Position numbers and translations under genes: made by a program. A stretch of 64,000 nt of DNA from an uncultured bacterium. Its GTDB lineage: Bacteria; Omnitrophota; Omnitrophia; Omnitrophales; Aquincolibacteriaceae. Below the pieces are notes generated by a model that was given only the letters and a program-made list of their open reading frames with translations, was not told where the DNA came from and searched no databases. The stretch lies in NCBI GenBank assembly GCA_964434115.1, contig CAYSSX010000002.1, forward strand, positions 329,680 through 393,679, read 5' to 3'. Below, piece by piece: positions 20,853 through 30,020 of the stretch (its first letter is position 1; every line of letters begins with the position of its first letter).

Positions 20853-21242
20853 ATGAAAAATAAGAAGATTCTTTTTGTGGATGACGAACCCATGATCTCA
20901 AAAATCATGCAGACCCGTTTACGGGCCAACCACTTTGATGTGGAGACCGCGTCGAACGGACAGGAGGCTTTGGATAAGGCCAAGTCGGTTCAGCCTGATC
21001 TGATCCTTTTGGATATTCTGATGCCCGTGATGGACGGTTATGAGGTTTGCCGGCGCCTGAAAAGCGATCCGTTGACATGCCTTATCCCCGTGATCATGTT
21101 TACGGCTTGTCAGGATGAGGAGTTCGTGCGCAAAGCTATGAAGAACGGCGCCGAAGAAGTCATCAACAAACCTTTTGTGGCGGAGCTTCTCGAAGCGATC
21201 CATAAAGTGTTTGAGAAAAAAAACGGCGAAGAAGCCGCGTAA
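20853..21242 (+). CDS. Single-domain response regulator (CheY-like)
   Basis: 129 aa. ILFVDDEP, LLDILMPVMDG, and NKPF Lys. Confidence 0.8.
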   Translation: MKNKKILFVDDEPMISKIMQTRLRANHFDVETASNGQEALDKAKSVQPDLILLDILMPVMDGYEVCRRLKSDPLTCLIPVIMFTACQDEEFVRKAMKNGAEEVINKPFVAELLEAIHKVFEKKNGEEAA

Positions 21243-21254
21243 CCGGAGAAATCC

Positions 21255-22094
21255 ATGTCCAGCACCTTTTTTCACGTGTTCATTATTGAAGATGATCCCG
21301 CGGATATCAGCCTTCTCAGGCAGATGCTCGGAAAGGCGGAGAACGTTTCCTTTGAGATCACGGTTGAAAAAAATCTCGCTGGCGGTGTCACGCAGCTGGA
21401 AAGCATCCGGCCGGACGTGGTGCTCGTGGATTTGACCTTGCCCGATGGCCGCGGCGTTGCGGCTGTGACCCGGCTGCATGAAAAATTTCCGGGGACACCG
21501 ATTGTGGCCCTGAATGTTGTGGATAACGAATCCCTGGCCCTGCAGGCGATTCAGGAAGGCGCTCAGGATTACCTTGTTAAAGACCGCGCGGATTCTGAAA
21601 GCCTCAAGCGTTCGATTTTATTTTCCATTGACCGTAAGAAAGTGGAGCGTGAGCTGGCCCGTCTTGCTTCTTTTGCCTGGCAGAATCCCAATGCCGTATT
21701 GGAGTGCAATTTTTCCGGAGACATTCTTTATCTTAATCCCGCGGGGCAGACCCTTTTTCCAGCCTTGAAAACGGAGGGCTCGCGCCATCCCTTTCTGGAA
21801 AAAATGGACGAGCTTGCCGCCGGCCTTCAGCGCGAGAAAAAAGATTTTTTGATCCGTGAAATTACCGTGGAGGGCCGCGTATTTGAACAGCACATCTCTT
21901 TGGTTCCGGAACGGCAGGTGATCCGGAGTTATATCGCCGACATTACCGAACGTAAAGCCGCTGAGGAGGCGCTCCGCGTCCGGACTCAGGAAGTGGAACG
22001 TATGAACCGTGTGATGGTCGGCCGTGAAATCAAAATGGCAGAATTGAAAAGAAAAATTATGGAACTGCAGAAGGAGCTTGGCCGTGCAGCCTGA
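21255..22094 (+). CDS. Response regulator with a C-terminal PAS-like/coiled-coil region
   Basis: 279 aa. Receiver (FIIEDDPAD, VLVDLTLPDGRG, YLVKD). Followed by a PAS-like segment and a coiled-coil tail (ERKAAEEALRVRTQEVERMNRV...). Confidence 0.6.
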   Translation: MSSTFFHVFIIEDDPADISLLRQMLGKAENVSFEITVEKNLAGGVTQLESIRPDVVLVDLTLPDGRGVAAVTRLHEKFPGTPIVALNVVDNESLALQAIQEGAQDYLVKDRADSESLKRSILFSIDRKKVERELARLASFAWQNPNAVLECNFSGDILYLNPAGQTLFPALKTEGSRHPFLEKMDELAAGLQREKKDFLIREITVEGRVFEQHISLVPERQVIRSYIADITERKAAEEALRVRTQEVERMNRVMVGREIKMAELKRKIMELQKELGRAA

Positions 22095-24570
22095 CGAAGC
22101 CCCGGAACTTCAGCCTGAAAAGGATAAAATTCCGCCCGGACTCCGGCCTTCAAAGCTGGGCAGAAGGCTTGTGCTGGCCTTTCTTGTTCTGGCATCGCTC
22201 GTGGGCGTGGTCGGATTTTTCTCCTACTCACAGCTGAACAAACTTTTGACGCCTCTGACACGGGATATTCCGCTGGGTCTCGACGAAATTGAAAGGACTT
22301 CCCATCTCGACAGCCTTGCCCAGAAAATCCGTCTTTATGATCAAATCCTGACGGAATCGGTTCAAGACTATGTCAAGACCGGTGACCGGCAGCATAAATA
22401 CCGGTATCAGGAATTTGAGCCCCGGTTAGGCACGGTGATCCGGGAAGCGATTGAAAAAGGGGATGAGGAGGATAAAAAAGTTTTTAGTGAAGTGCAGCAG
22501 GCCAAGCGCGCCTATGTTCAGATGGACATTCAGTGCATCCGTGCCATTGATCAGGGGCTGAAAGCCGACGCTCAGGCTATTTTGGAAAGCCGTGAATACT
22601 GGGAGGCCCGGCGCGCCTACAAGCAGAGTCTTGAACCCTACGCGGAACGCCGTGGAAAAGAACATGGCCAGTCTCTGGATGCTGTTGCCGCCAAAGTGGA
22701 TCTTATTGTCAACAGGACGCATGCGCTTGTGGAGCAGTCCATTCAGACGCTGCTGGTGCTGAGTTTTCTCGCGATTATTCTGGCGATCGGCATGGGCATG
22801 TTTGTTTCGCGGACGATTCTTCGTCCGATCCAGGCGCTGCAGCGGGGTGCCGAGGTTATCGGAAAAGGGGATTTGTTCTATCGCATCGAGGTGCGCTCGC
22901 GCGATGAAATTGGCCAGCTCGCCGAAGCCTTCAACGAAATGACAGAGAAACTCAAGGAGTCTTATCTGCGTTTGGAAGATAAAGTCCGCGATAAGACACG
23001 TGAACTTGAACAGAAGTATGAAGAAGAAAAGGACCAGAAAAAGAAATTGGAAATGTCCAAGGCAGCGATGCTGAACGTGCTGGAGGACCTTGAAATCGCC
23101 AAGGCTGAGATCTCCGAAGAGAAGGCCAAGGACGAGGCTATTTTGGCGAGCATTGGCGACGGGATGATCGCAACGGATCCGGACGGGAAAATCATCATGA
23201 TGAACAAACAGGCGGAAGTGATGCTTGGGTTTAAAGTCCGGGATGCGATTGGAAAAGATTTTGGAGAGGTCATCCCGGGGTATGATGAACAGGAACAAGC
23301 TGTCCGGCGTGAGGAAAGTCCCATTTCGATTTGCCTGGCGCAGGGAAAGAAAATCGCGGGCACGGCCTATTACGAACGGAGTGACGGGACGCGCTTTCCC
23401 GCAGCCATCACGGTGTCCCCGATTCAGCAGGAAGGGCGGACGCTCGGCGCCATTGAAATCTTCCGTGATGTAACCAAGGAAAAAGAAGTGGACCGCATGA
23501 AGACAGAATTTATCTCCACGGTTTCTCACGAACTCAGGACTCCGCTTACGGTGATCCGCGAAGGTGTTTCCCTGGTGGTGGACGAAGTGCTCGGCCCGAC
23601 CACCGAAGATCAGAAGAATTTTCTCACGATCGCGATGAATGACATTGACCGGCTTGGCAGAATTATTAACAACCTTCTCGATGTTTCAAAAATCGAAGCC
23701 GGGAAGGTGGAGCTTAAACGCGGTTATTTGAATCTGACGGAAGTCGCAGACGGTGTTTTGGGTGCGTTTGCGACACGCGCCAAAAACAGCGGGATCCGCC
23801 TTAAGAAAAATTACTCGGCTCCCAGCATGGAAATTTATGCGGACCGGGATAAATTGATTCAAGTATTCACCAACCTTTTGAGCAATGCCTTGAAGTTCAC
23901 GGAGAAAGGGTCTGTTGAAATCTCTCTTACGGAAGATGCTGAGCAGATCACCTGCGCTGTGATTGATACCGGCCGCGGTATTTCCAAGGAAGATTTGCGC
24001 CGGGTTTTCAGCAAGTTTCAGCAGTTTGGAAAAGCGGCGGTGACCGGCGAGAAGGGGACAGGACTTGGGTTGTCGATTGCCAAGGGCATTGTCAATCTGC
24101 ACCAAGGGAATATTTGGGTGGAAAGTGAAGAAGGCTCCGGAACAAGGTTTATCTTCACGCTGCCGAAAATGACACCCCATCAGACCTTTCAAGAACAGCT
24201 CACGCGCGATCTCCGGGCCGCGGTGAATGGGCACTCTTCACTGCTTGTCATGGCGTTTCATCTGGGGGAACCTGAGTCTGAAAAAGCCGGAATGGCCGTT
24301 GTGGAATACCTTGAAGAAGCGATTCAAACGCACGGACGTTCAAAGTCTGTCCGCGTACTCCGAGACGAAGGGACTGTTTTTGCAATCTTGCAGGCGCTCT
24401 CCAAGTCAGAAGGCGAAACCATGGCTCAGCGCATTGAAGACGACTTCAGAAAAATCTGTCTTAGCGGAAAAGTCAAAGTCACCGCCCCTGCCCTCAATTT
24501 AAAGCTCGTCAGTTACCCCGAAGATGGGAGCACCGAGGATGAGCTCATGGTTCATTTCAAGGCTGCGTAA
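22078..24570 (+). CDS. Membrane sensor histidine kinase (2 TM with periplasmic sensor - HAMP - coiled coil - PAS - HisKA - HATPase_c - degenerate GGDEF-like C-terminus)
   Basis: 830 aa. TM1 LVLAFLVLASLVGVVGFF. TM2 LLVLSFLAIILAIGMGMFV. HAMP IGQLAEAFNEMTEKL. H-box ISTVSHELRTPLTVI. N-box LLSNALKFT. G-boxes DTGRGI and GTGLGLSIAKG. C-terminal RVLRDEGTVFAIL ... KLVSYPEDGST resembles a GGDEF core with GGDEF degenerated to DEGTVF. Paralogous to 18100-20835. Confidence 0.8.
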   Translation: MAVQPDEAPELQPEKDKIPPGLRPSKLGRRLVLAFLVLASLVGVVGFFSYSQLNKLLTPLTRDIPLGLDEIERTSHLDSLAQKIRLYDQILTESVQDYVKTGDRQHKYRYQEFEPRLGTVIREAIEKGDEEDKKVFSEVQQAKRAYVQMDIQCIRAIDQGLKADAQAILESREYWEARRAYKQSLEPYAERRGKEHGQSLDAVAAKVDLIVNRTHALVEQSIQTLLVLSFLAIILAIGMGMFVSRTILRPIQALQRGAEVIGKGDLFYRIEVRSRDEIGQLAEAFNEMTEKLKESYLRLEDKVRDKTRELEQKYEEEKDQKKKLEMSKAAMLNVLEDLEIAKAEISEEKAKDEAILASIGDGMIATDPDGKIIMMNKQAEVMLGFKVRDAIGKDFGEVIPGYDEQEQAVRREESPISICLAQGKKIAGTAYYERSDGTRFPAAITVSPIQQEGRTLGAIEIFRDVTKEKEVDRMKTEFISTVSHELRTPLTVIREGVSLVVDEVLGPTTEDQKNFLTIAMNDIDRLGRIINNLLDVSKIEAGKVELKRGYLNLTEVADGVLGAFATRAKNSGIRLKKNYSAPSMEIYADRDKLIQVFTNLLSNALKFTEKGSVEISLTEDAEQITCAVIDTGRGISKEDLRRVFSKFQQFGKAAVTGEKGTGLGLSIAKGIVNLHQGNIWVESEEGSGTRFIFTLPKMTPHQTFQEQLTRDLRAAVNGHSSLLVMAFHLGEPESEKAGMAVVEYLEEAIQTHGRSKSVRVLRDEGTVFAILQALSKSEGETMAQRIEDDFRKICLSGKVKVTAPALNLKLVSYPEDGSTEDELMVHFKAA

Positions 24571-24689
24571 GGCGCGCGCCTCAAAGAGAAGTCGTTTTTT
24601 CCCGCGAAAGCCGATGCGTTAAACGCGCTGCTGCTGTATGATAAACCCTCTGGAAAAGGCAGCCCCTCAAATTTAAGGAACACCGCCCC

Positions 24690-25097
24690 ATGATAAAAAA
24701 AGGAATTCTTCAAACCGAGTCAGGCTTTGCTTTTGTTGATCTCGCCATGCTGATTATTATTTTTCTGATTCTGGGGGGCGTGATGATCCCGATCTCTAAA
24801 GATTTGGTCATGTCCGCAAAAAAAAACAGTGAGGAAAAAGTCATGGCAGAGGTGCGGGATGGCTTGGCCGCTTTTTTTGCGGACCCTTCACGCGGCAACC
24901 ATAAAGCTTTTCCCGCGGTCCTTGATACCGCCCTCAACGGAAGGTGCACTCCTCAAAATCCCTGCTTTACGTTAGTGCTTTCCAGAGGAGGGGTTACGGC
25001 TGAATGGGTACGCGAAAGCGAGAGCCTTTACCGTGGACCCGCCGGAACGCGCTGCCATTATCAGCCTGCCTTGGGGAAATTCTCGCCCGCGGAATAA
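24690..25097 (+). CDS. Putative prepilin-type (type IV pilin/pseudopilin-like) protein
   Basis: 135 aa. Short basic leader MIKKGILQTES, then G-FAFVDLAMLIIIFLILGGVMI, a hydrophobic helix of about 20 aa. It resembles the class III signal peptide G|F(T/S)LIE with an acidic residue at +5 (D instead of E). The C-terminal region has two Cys (CTPQNPC) as in pilin disulfide loops. Confidence 0.4.
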   Translation: MIKKGILQTESGFAFVDLAMLIIIFLILGGVMIPISKDLVMSAKKNSEEKVMAEVRDGLAAFFADPSRGNHKAFPAVLDTALNGRCTPQNPCFTLVLSRGGVTAEWVRESESLYRGPAGTRCHYQPALGKFSPAE

Positions 25098-25232
25098 ATC
25101 GGGGTCTTTAAAGGGACTTGAAGAGTCCGGGGGCCCTTCCTTGCTTTCGGGGGTGTGCTGGACAAAGTCCAGGCACCTGGGGTATATTATCCGCTCATTT
25201 TACCCACAAAGTCTGTAAGCAGGAGATGCGGA

Positions 25233-25562
25233 ATGGGAAGCGAAAAAGTTTTTACGGATACCAATTTTCAGTCGGAAGTTCTCGGTTCCAAGGAACCTGT
25301 GCTTGTTGATTTTTGGGCGGAGTGGTGCGGTCCTTGCCGCATGCTGGCGCCGGTGATCGAAAGAATCGCGGGTGCTAACCAGGGGAAACTGGTGGTCGGC
25401 AAATTGAATGTCGATGAAAACCAGGCGACGCCCCAGAAGTACGGGATCCAGGGCATTCCCACCATGATCATTTTCAAGAACGGGGAAGTGGCCAACCAGC
25501 TGGTGGGTTTTCAGTCTCAGGAAAACATCCAGCGGGCGATTGACGAAGTCGTCAAAGCCTAA
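25233..25562 (+). CDS. trxA: Thioredoxin
   Basis: The ORF track starts at 25155; the start is chosen at the Met at 25233, which has an aggaga RBS. Active site WAEWCGPCR. PTMIIFKNGE loop. Confidence 0.85.
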   Translation: MGSEKVFTDTNFQSEVLGSKEPVLVDFWAEWCGPCRMLAPVIERIAGANQGKLVVGKLNVDENQATPQKYGIQGIPTMIIFKNGEVANQLVGFQSQENIQRAIDEVVKA

Positions 25563-25627
25563 TTCAAGGTTGCTCGTTTCATCCAAAGATTAATCCCCCT
25601 AAATTTTAAATTAATGAGGAGCTTTCA

Positions 25628-26677
25628 ATGCCTGTTGCTGATTACAAGACCTATTGCAAAATGCTCGATTCTGCGATGCAGAATAAATACGCTTTTCCTG
25701 CAATCAATGTGACGTCGATCGTGACCGCCAACGCGACCCTTCGCGGCCTTGCGGAATCCAAGTCTGACGGGATCATTCAGGTTTCCACGGGCGGCGGCCA
25801 GTTTGCCTCAGGGTCTTCTGTTAAAGACATGGCGCTCGGCGCGATCACACTTGCTGAGCATGTGCACCGCGTGGCCGACCGCTACAATATTTTTGTCGCG
25901 CTTCACACCGACCATTGCCAGGCGGACAAGCTTGATAAGTTTGTCGGTCCGCTTATCACGGAAACCGAAAAGCGCCGCGCCGCGGGGCTTCCCAATCTTT
26001 TTAACAGCCACATGTTTGACGGCAGTGAATTGTCTCTGAAGGACAACATGGACCTCGCGGTTCCGCTTCTTCAGCGCTGTCAGAAAAGCGAAATCATCCT
26101 CGAAGTCGAAGCCGGTGTTGTCGGCGGTGAGGAAGATGGCGTTAATACGGAAGACGCTCCTGCGGAAAAGCTCTATACGACACCGGAAGACATGGTGGAA
26201 GTGGCGAACCGTCTCAACTCGGTCAAGGGCGCGCGCTACATGTTCGCAGCGACCTTTGGCAACGTGCACGGTGTGTATAAACCGGGCAATGTGAAGCTGA
26301 AGCCCGTCATTCTTAAGCAGGGCCAGGACGCGGTGATCAAGGCTCACGGGCCGGATTCCAAATTCTATCTCGTTTTCCACGGAGGCTCAGGTTCTTCAAT
26401 TGAAGAGATTCACGAGACCCTGGAGTACGGTGTGATCAAGATGAACATCGACACCGATTGCCAGTATGCCTTTACGCGTCCCATCGTGGACCATATGTTT
26501 AAGAACTACGACGGCGTTCTTAAAGTTGACGGCGAAGTCGGCAACAAAAAAGCTTATGACCCGCGCGGCTATCTTAAGGCCGCCGAAATCGCCATGGCCG
26601 ACCGCATCAAGCAGGCCTGCAACGATCTCAAGTCAACCGGTAAGACGCTTCGCCAGGGACTGGCTGTTGCGAATTAA
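25628..26677 (+). CDS. fbaA: Fructose-bisphosphate aldolase, class II
   Basis: 349 aa. MPVADYKTY...AFPAINV N-terminus. Zn-binding His motifs HTDHC and HGGSG, typical of class IIA FBA. Confidence 0.9.
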   Translation: MPVADYKTYCKMLDSAMQNKYAFPAINVTSIVTANATLRGLAESKSDGIIQVSTGGGQFASGSSVKDMALGAITLAEHVHRVADRYNIFVALHTDHCQADKLDKFVGPLITETEKRRAAGLPNLFNSHMFDGSELSLKDNMDLAVPLLQRCQKSEIILEVEAGVVGGEEDGVNTEDAPAEKLYTTPEDMVEVANRLNSVKGARYMFAATFGNVHGVYKPGNVKLKPVILKQGQDAVIKAHGPDSKFYLVFHGGSGSSIEEIHETLEYGVIKMNIDTDCQYAFTRPIVDHMFKNYDGVLKVDGEVGNKKAYDPRGYLKAAEIAMADRIKQACNDLKSTGKTLRQGLAVAN

Positions 26678-26680
26678 CCC

Positions 26681-27643
26681 GTGAAATACCGCGAGCTTGG
26701 CAGGACAGGGCTCGAAGTTTCGGAAATCGGATTAGGCTGCTGGGCCATAGGCGGAGATGCTTATGGCCCAACTTCTGATAAGGCCTCTTTGGAGGCTCTT
26801 GAAACGGCATGGGACCGAGGGGTTAATTTCTTTGACACTGCGGACACCTACGGCAAAGGGCACAGCGAAACTCTGGTTGGGAATTTTCTTAAAGGAAAAC
26901 CCAAGGACCGGGTGATTGTCGCAACCAAGGCCGGCTGGGATTTTTATTCAACCCCGGTACGGAAATGTTTTGAGGCCGGTTATCTCAGGCTTGCGTGCGA
27001 AAAAAGTTTGAAGCGTTTGGGTGTTGAAGCGATTGATCTTTTTCAGCTGCATAATCCGCCGCTTGAATTTATTGAAAAAGGCGAAGCCTTGGGGCTTTTC
27101 GAAAAGCTGAAACGCGAAGGGAAAATCCGTTTTGCCGGCTATTCGGTTCACCGGACGGAGGAAGCCTTGGCCGCTCTCCGGTTTCCGGAAGTGGAAACGC
27201 TTCAGATCATTTTCAACCTGCTTGACCAGCGTATGGCGGCAGAGGTTTTTGAAAAGGCTTCGGAAGCTAAAACAGCCCTGATCGCGCGTGAGCCCTTGGC
27301 GTGTGGACTTTTGACAGGGAAATACGGAGCGGGGCATGAGTTTCCGAAAGGGGACCACCGGCGCCGTTGGACAGCAGAAAAGCAAGCGCTGGACCTCAAG
27401 AAAATAGAGCTGGTGAAAGAAGTCCTGGGGCCTGAAAAGGTTCCTCTTCCGCAAACTGCGCTTGAATTTGTTTTGGCGCATGAGGCCTTATCTGTCGTGA
27501 TCCCCGGGGCCAAGACGCGGGAACAGGTCCTGGAAAATTTGAGGGCTTCCGAAAAGCCCGAACTTAACCGGGAAAACCTAGAGTCTTTGCGGGAAATTTT
27601 TCAGCGCGAACCGGTTTTTCAACAAGGATTGAATCCGAGGTAA
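26681..27643 (+). CDS. Aldo/keto reductase
   Basis: 320 aa. MKYRELGRTGLEVSEIGLGCW N-terminus. The catalytic tetrad context (D..Y..K..H) is typical of the AKR superfamily. Confidence 0.8.
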   Translation: MKYRELGRTGLEVSEIGLGCWAIGGDAYGPTSDKASLEALETAWDRGVNFFDTADTYGKGHSETLVGNFLKGKPKDRVIVATKAGWDFYSTPVRKCFEAGYLRLACEKSLKRLGVEAIDLFQLHNPPLEFIEKGEALGLFEKLKREGKIRFAGYSVHRTEEALAALRFPEVETLQIIFNLLDQRMAAEVFEKASEAKTALIAREPLACGLLTGKYGAGHEFPKGDHRRRWTAEKQALDLKKIELVKEVLGPEKVPLPQTALEFVLAHEALSVVIPGAKTREQVLENLRASEKPELNRENLESLREIFQREPVFQQGLNPR

Positions 27644-27653
27644 AGAGAAGACT

Positions 27654-28811
27654 ATGGAACAAGACATGGAATTGACATCCGAACAGCTGACACGTTACAG
27701 CCGCCACTTTATCCTTCCTGAGATAGGTGAGGAAGGACAGAAGAAATTACTGCGTTCCAAAGTTCTCTTAATTGGTTCCGGCGGCTTGGGGTCGCCGATC
27801 GCCCTTTATCTCGCGGCCGCGGGCGTGGGGACGCTGGGGCTTGTGGATTTTGATAAGGTCGATCTTTCGAACCTGCAGCGCCAGATCATTCACACGAATG
27901 ATTCGATCGGAACTCCTAAAATTGATTCCGCCGAAAAGCGCATCAAAGCGATGAACCCGGATACCAAGGTTGTGAAGTACGAAGTGAAGATTACCTCCGC
28001 GAACGCGATGGACATCATTAAAGACTATGATCTTGTCATTGACGGCACGGATAATTTCCCGACACGCTATTTGACCAGCGATGCCTGTGTTTTTCTGAAT
28101 AAGCCGAATATTTACGGGTCTATTTTCCGTTTTGACGGCTTGGCCACTGTTTTTAAATCCGACGAAGGCCCCTGCTACCGCTGCCTTTATCCCGAGCCGC
28201 CGCCTCCCGGAATGGTGCCAAGCTGTGCTGAAGGCGGAGTGCTGGGAATTCTTCCCGGTGTGATCGGCCTCATTCAAGCCACCGAGGCCGTAAAGCTTTT
28301 GTGCGGCATCGGCCGCACGCTTGTGGGGCGTCTTTTGGTTTACGATGCCCTCCAGATGACGTTCCGCGAATTGAAACTTAAGAAGGACCCGAATTGCCCG
28401 GTTTGCGGAAAAAATCCTACGATTACCGGCTTGATCGACTATGACCAGTTCTGCGGACTCACACGCGGAGGCGGCGCAAGTGACGGGATCGCGGATATCT
28501 CCGTTGAAGACCTTAAAAAGAAATTGGATGCGAAGGAAGATTTTGTTTTCATTGACGTGCGCGAACCGTTTGAATATCAGATTGCGCATATCGCGGGAGC
28601 GAAATTGATTCCGCTGGGCGTTATCCCCGACCGCATCAGCGAACTGGAGCCTTTTAAGAACAAAGAAATTGTTGCCCACTGTCATCATGGGGGCCGAAGC
28701 CGCCGCGCGCTGCAGATGCTTCAATCACGGGGTTTCAAAAATTTAAAAAATGTGGCTGGCGGTATTGATCATTGGTCTGAACGCATTGACCCTGGCGTGG
28801 CACGCTATTAA
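27654..28811 (+). CDS. MoeB/ThiF-type adenylyltransferase fused to a C-terminal rhodanese domain (MoeZ-like sulfur-carrier adenylyltransferase/sulfurtransferase)
   Basis: 385 aa. RYSRHFIL start. GSGGLGSP nucleotide loop. Zn motif CYRC ... CPVC. C-terminal rhodanese with active-site loop CHHGGRS. Confidence 0.8.
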   Translation: MEQDMELTSEQLTRYSRHFILPEIGEEGQKKLLRSKVLLIGSGGLGSPIALYLAAAGVGTLGLVDFDKVDLSNLQRQIIHTNDSIGTPKIDSAEKRIKAMNPDTKVVKYEVKITSANAMDIIKDYDLVIDGTDNFPTRYLTSDACVFLNKPNIYGSIFRFDGLATVFKSDEGPCYRCLYPEPPPPGMVPSCAEGGVLGILPGVIGLIQATEAVKLLCGIGRTLVGRLLVYDALQMTFRELKLKKDPNCPVCGKNPTITGLIDYDQFCGLTRGGGASDGIADISVEDLKKKLDAKEDFVFIDVREPFEYQIAHIAGAKLIPLGVIPDRISELEPFKNKEIVAHCHHGGRSRRALQMLQSRGFKNLKNVAGGIDHWSERIDPGVARY

Positions 28812-28859
28812 GCGCTGCAAGTCATCCGGGTTTCCCGCTCCTAAGGATCTTGAACGGAT

Positions 28860-30020
28860 TTGATGATGGATTCCTTTTGGAAAAAAATCCGCAAAGATTT
28901 TTCCCTTCATCCTGCCGCCCTGTATCTTGACCATGCGGCAGGCGGCCCCGTCCCAATCCCTGTCAAAGACAAGATTGAAACCTATCACCGGGAAAATGCC
29001 GGAGAAGCCGATTTTGCCTGGCCCAAATGGGTGAAGAGGGCAGAGTATTACCGTTCGCTGGCCGCCCGCTTTATCCATGCCGAACCGGAAGAAATTGCAT
29101 TTATTCACAGCACCTCTCAGGGAATGAATGCGGCCGCGGACATGCTGGCGCATGAAGGCTCGGTGCTGACGAACACCAGCGAATTCCCCTCGAGCACTTT
29201 GCCCTGGATTTGGCGCAAGTCCCGCATGATTTATCAGGAACCGGAACCCGCCGGAGTGCTTTCGCTGGAAAAAATGAAAGCCCTTCTTTCTCCCCGGGTA
29301 AAAACAATCCTGACCAGCTACATTCAATATGCCACGGGTTTTCGTCAGGATTTAAAGGCTGTGGGAAAGATCAAAGGAAACCGGTATCTTGTGGTGAATG
29401 CCACGCAAGCTTTGGGTGCTTTTCCTCTGGACGTGAAGGCCTGGAAAGCGGATGTCCTTTGTGCGAACAGCTACAAATGGCTGATGGCCGGATACGGCGG
29501 CGGCCTGTTGTACGTGCGTAAGGAGCTCTTGAAGAAATTCCCACCCGCTTCTATCGGGTGGAGAAGCGTTCAGAATGCCGATGGCATGAATAACCGGCGG
29601 GCAAAAGTACTGAGTACGGCCGCACGTTATGAGCTGGGCTGCGCGAGTTTCGGGACTATTTTCTCCGTGGGGGCCGCGATGGAATATCTCTCGTCCATTG
29701 GAATGGAGAAAATTTCTGCCCGGATTCTGGAGCTTACCGCCTACGCGGCCGCGAGGCTGCAGTCCCGCGGGTTTGAAATCGCCTCGTCTCTTTTAGATCA
29801 CCAGCGTTCCGGAATTTTGATCATCAAGATCCAAGAGGCTCAAAATGTCTGGAAACGTCTTCTTGGGCATAAGATTTTTGTTTCGCCCCGCGGCGAAGGG
29901 CTCCGCTTGGGGCCGCATTTTTATAATACGCCTGAAGAAATCGACCTGTTTGTGCGGAAGCTTTCCGAGATCCGCGATGAAGGATCCGGCAGGATGAAAA
30001 GAAAAGGGGGCTCACGATGA
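28860..30020 (+). CDS. Aminotransferase class V-fold PLP-dependent enzyme (cysteine desulfurase/selenocysteine lyase-like)
   Basis: 386 aa. LYLDHAAGGP N-terminus. PLP-Lys context ANSYKWLMAGYG. The fold-type I class V pattern. Confidence 0.65.
   Translation: MMMDSFWKKIRKDFSLHPAALYLDHAAGGPVPIPVKDKIETYHRENAGEADFAWPKWVKRAEYYRSLAARFIHAEPEEIAFIHSTSQGMNAAADMLAHEGSVLTNTSEFPSSTLPWIWRKSRMIYQEPEPAGVLSLEKMKALLSPRVKTILTSYIQYATGFRQDLKAVGKIKGNRYLVVNATQALGAFPLDVKAWKADVLCANSYKWLMAGYGGGLLYVRKELLKKFPPASIGWRSVQNADGMNNRRAKVLSTAARYELGCASFGTIFSVGAAMEYLSSIGMEKISARILELTAYAAARLQSRGFEIASSLLDHQRSGILIIKIQEAQNVWKRLLGHKIFVSPRGEGLRLGPHFYNTPEEIDLFVRKLSEIRDEGSGRMKRKGGSR

Noticed and set aside
24571-24600. GGCGCGCGCC palindrome followed by a T6 run after the second kinase, as a possible intrinsic terminator
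   Set aside because: The 10-mer is self-complementary, but the U-run is 14 nt away rather than immediately adjacent. The geometry is wrong for a canonical Rho-independent terminator. Left uncalled.
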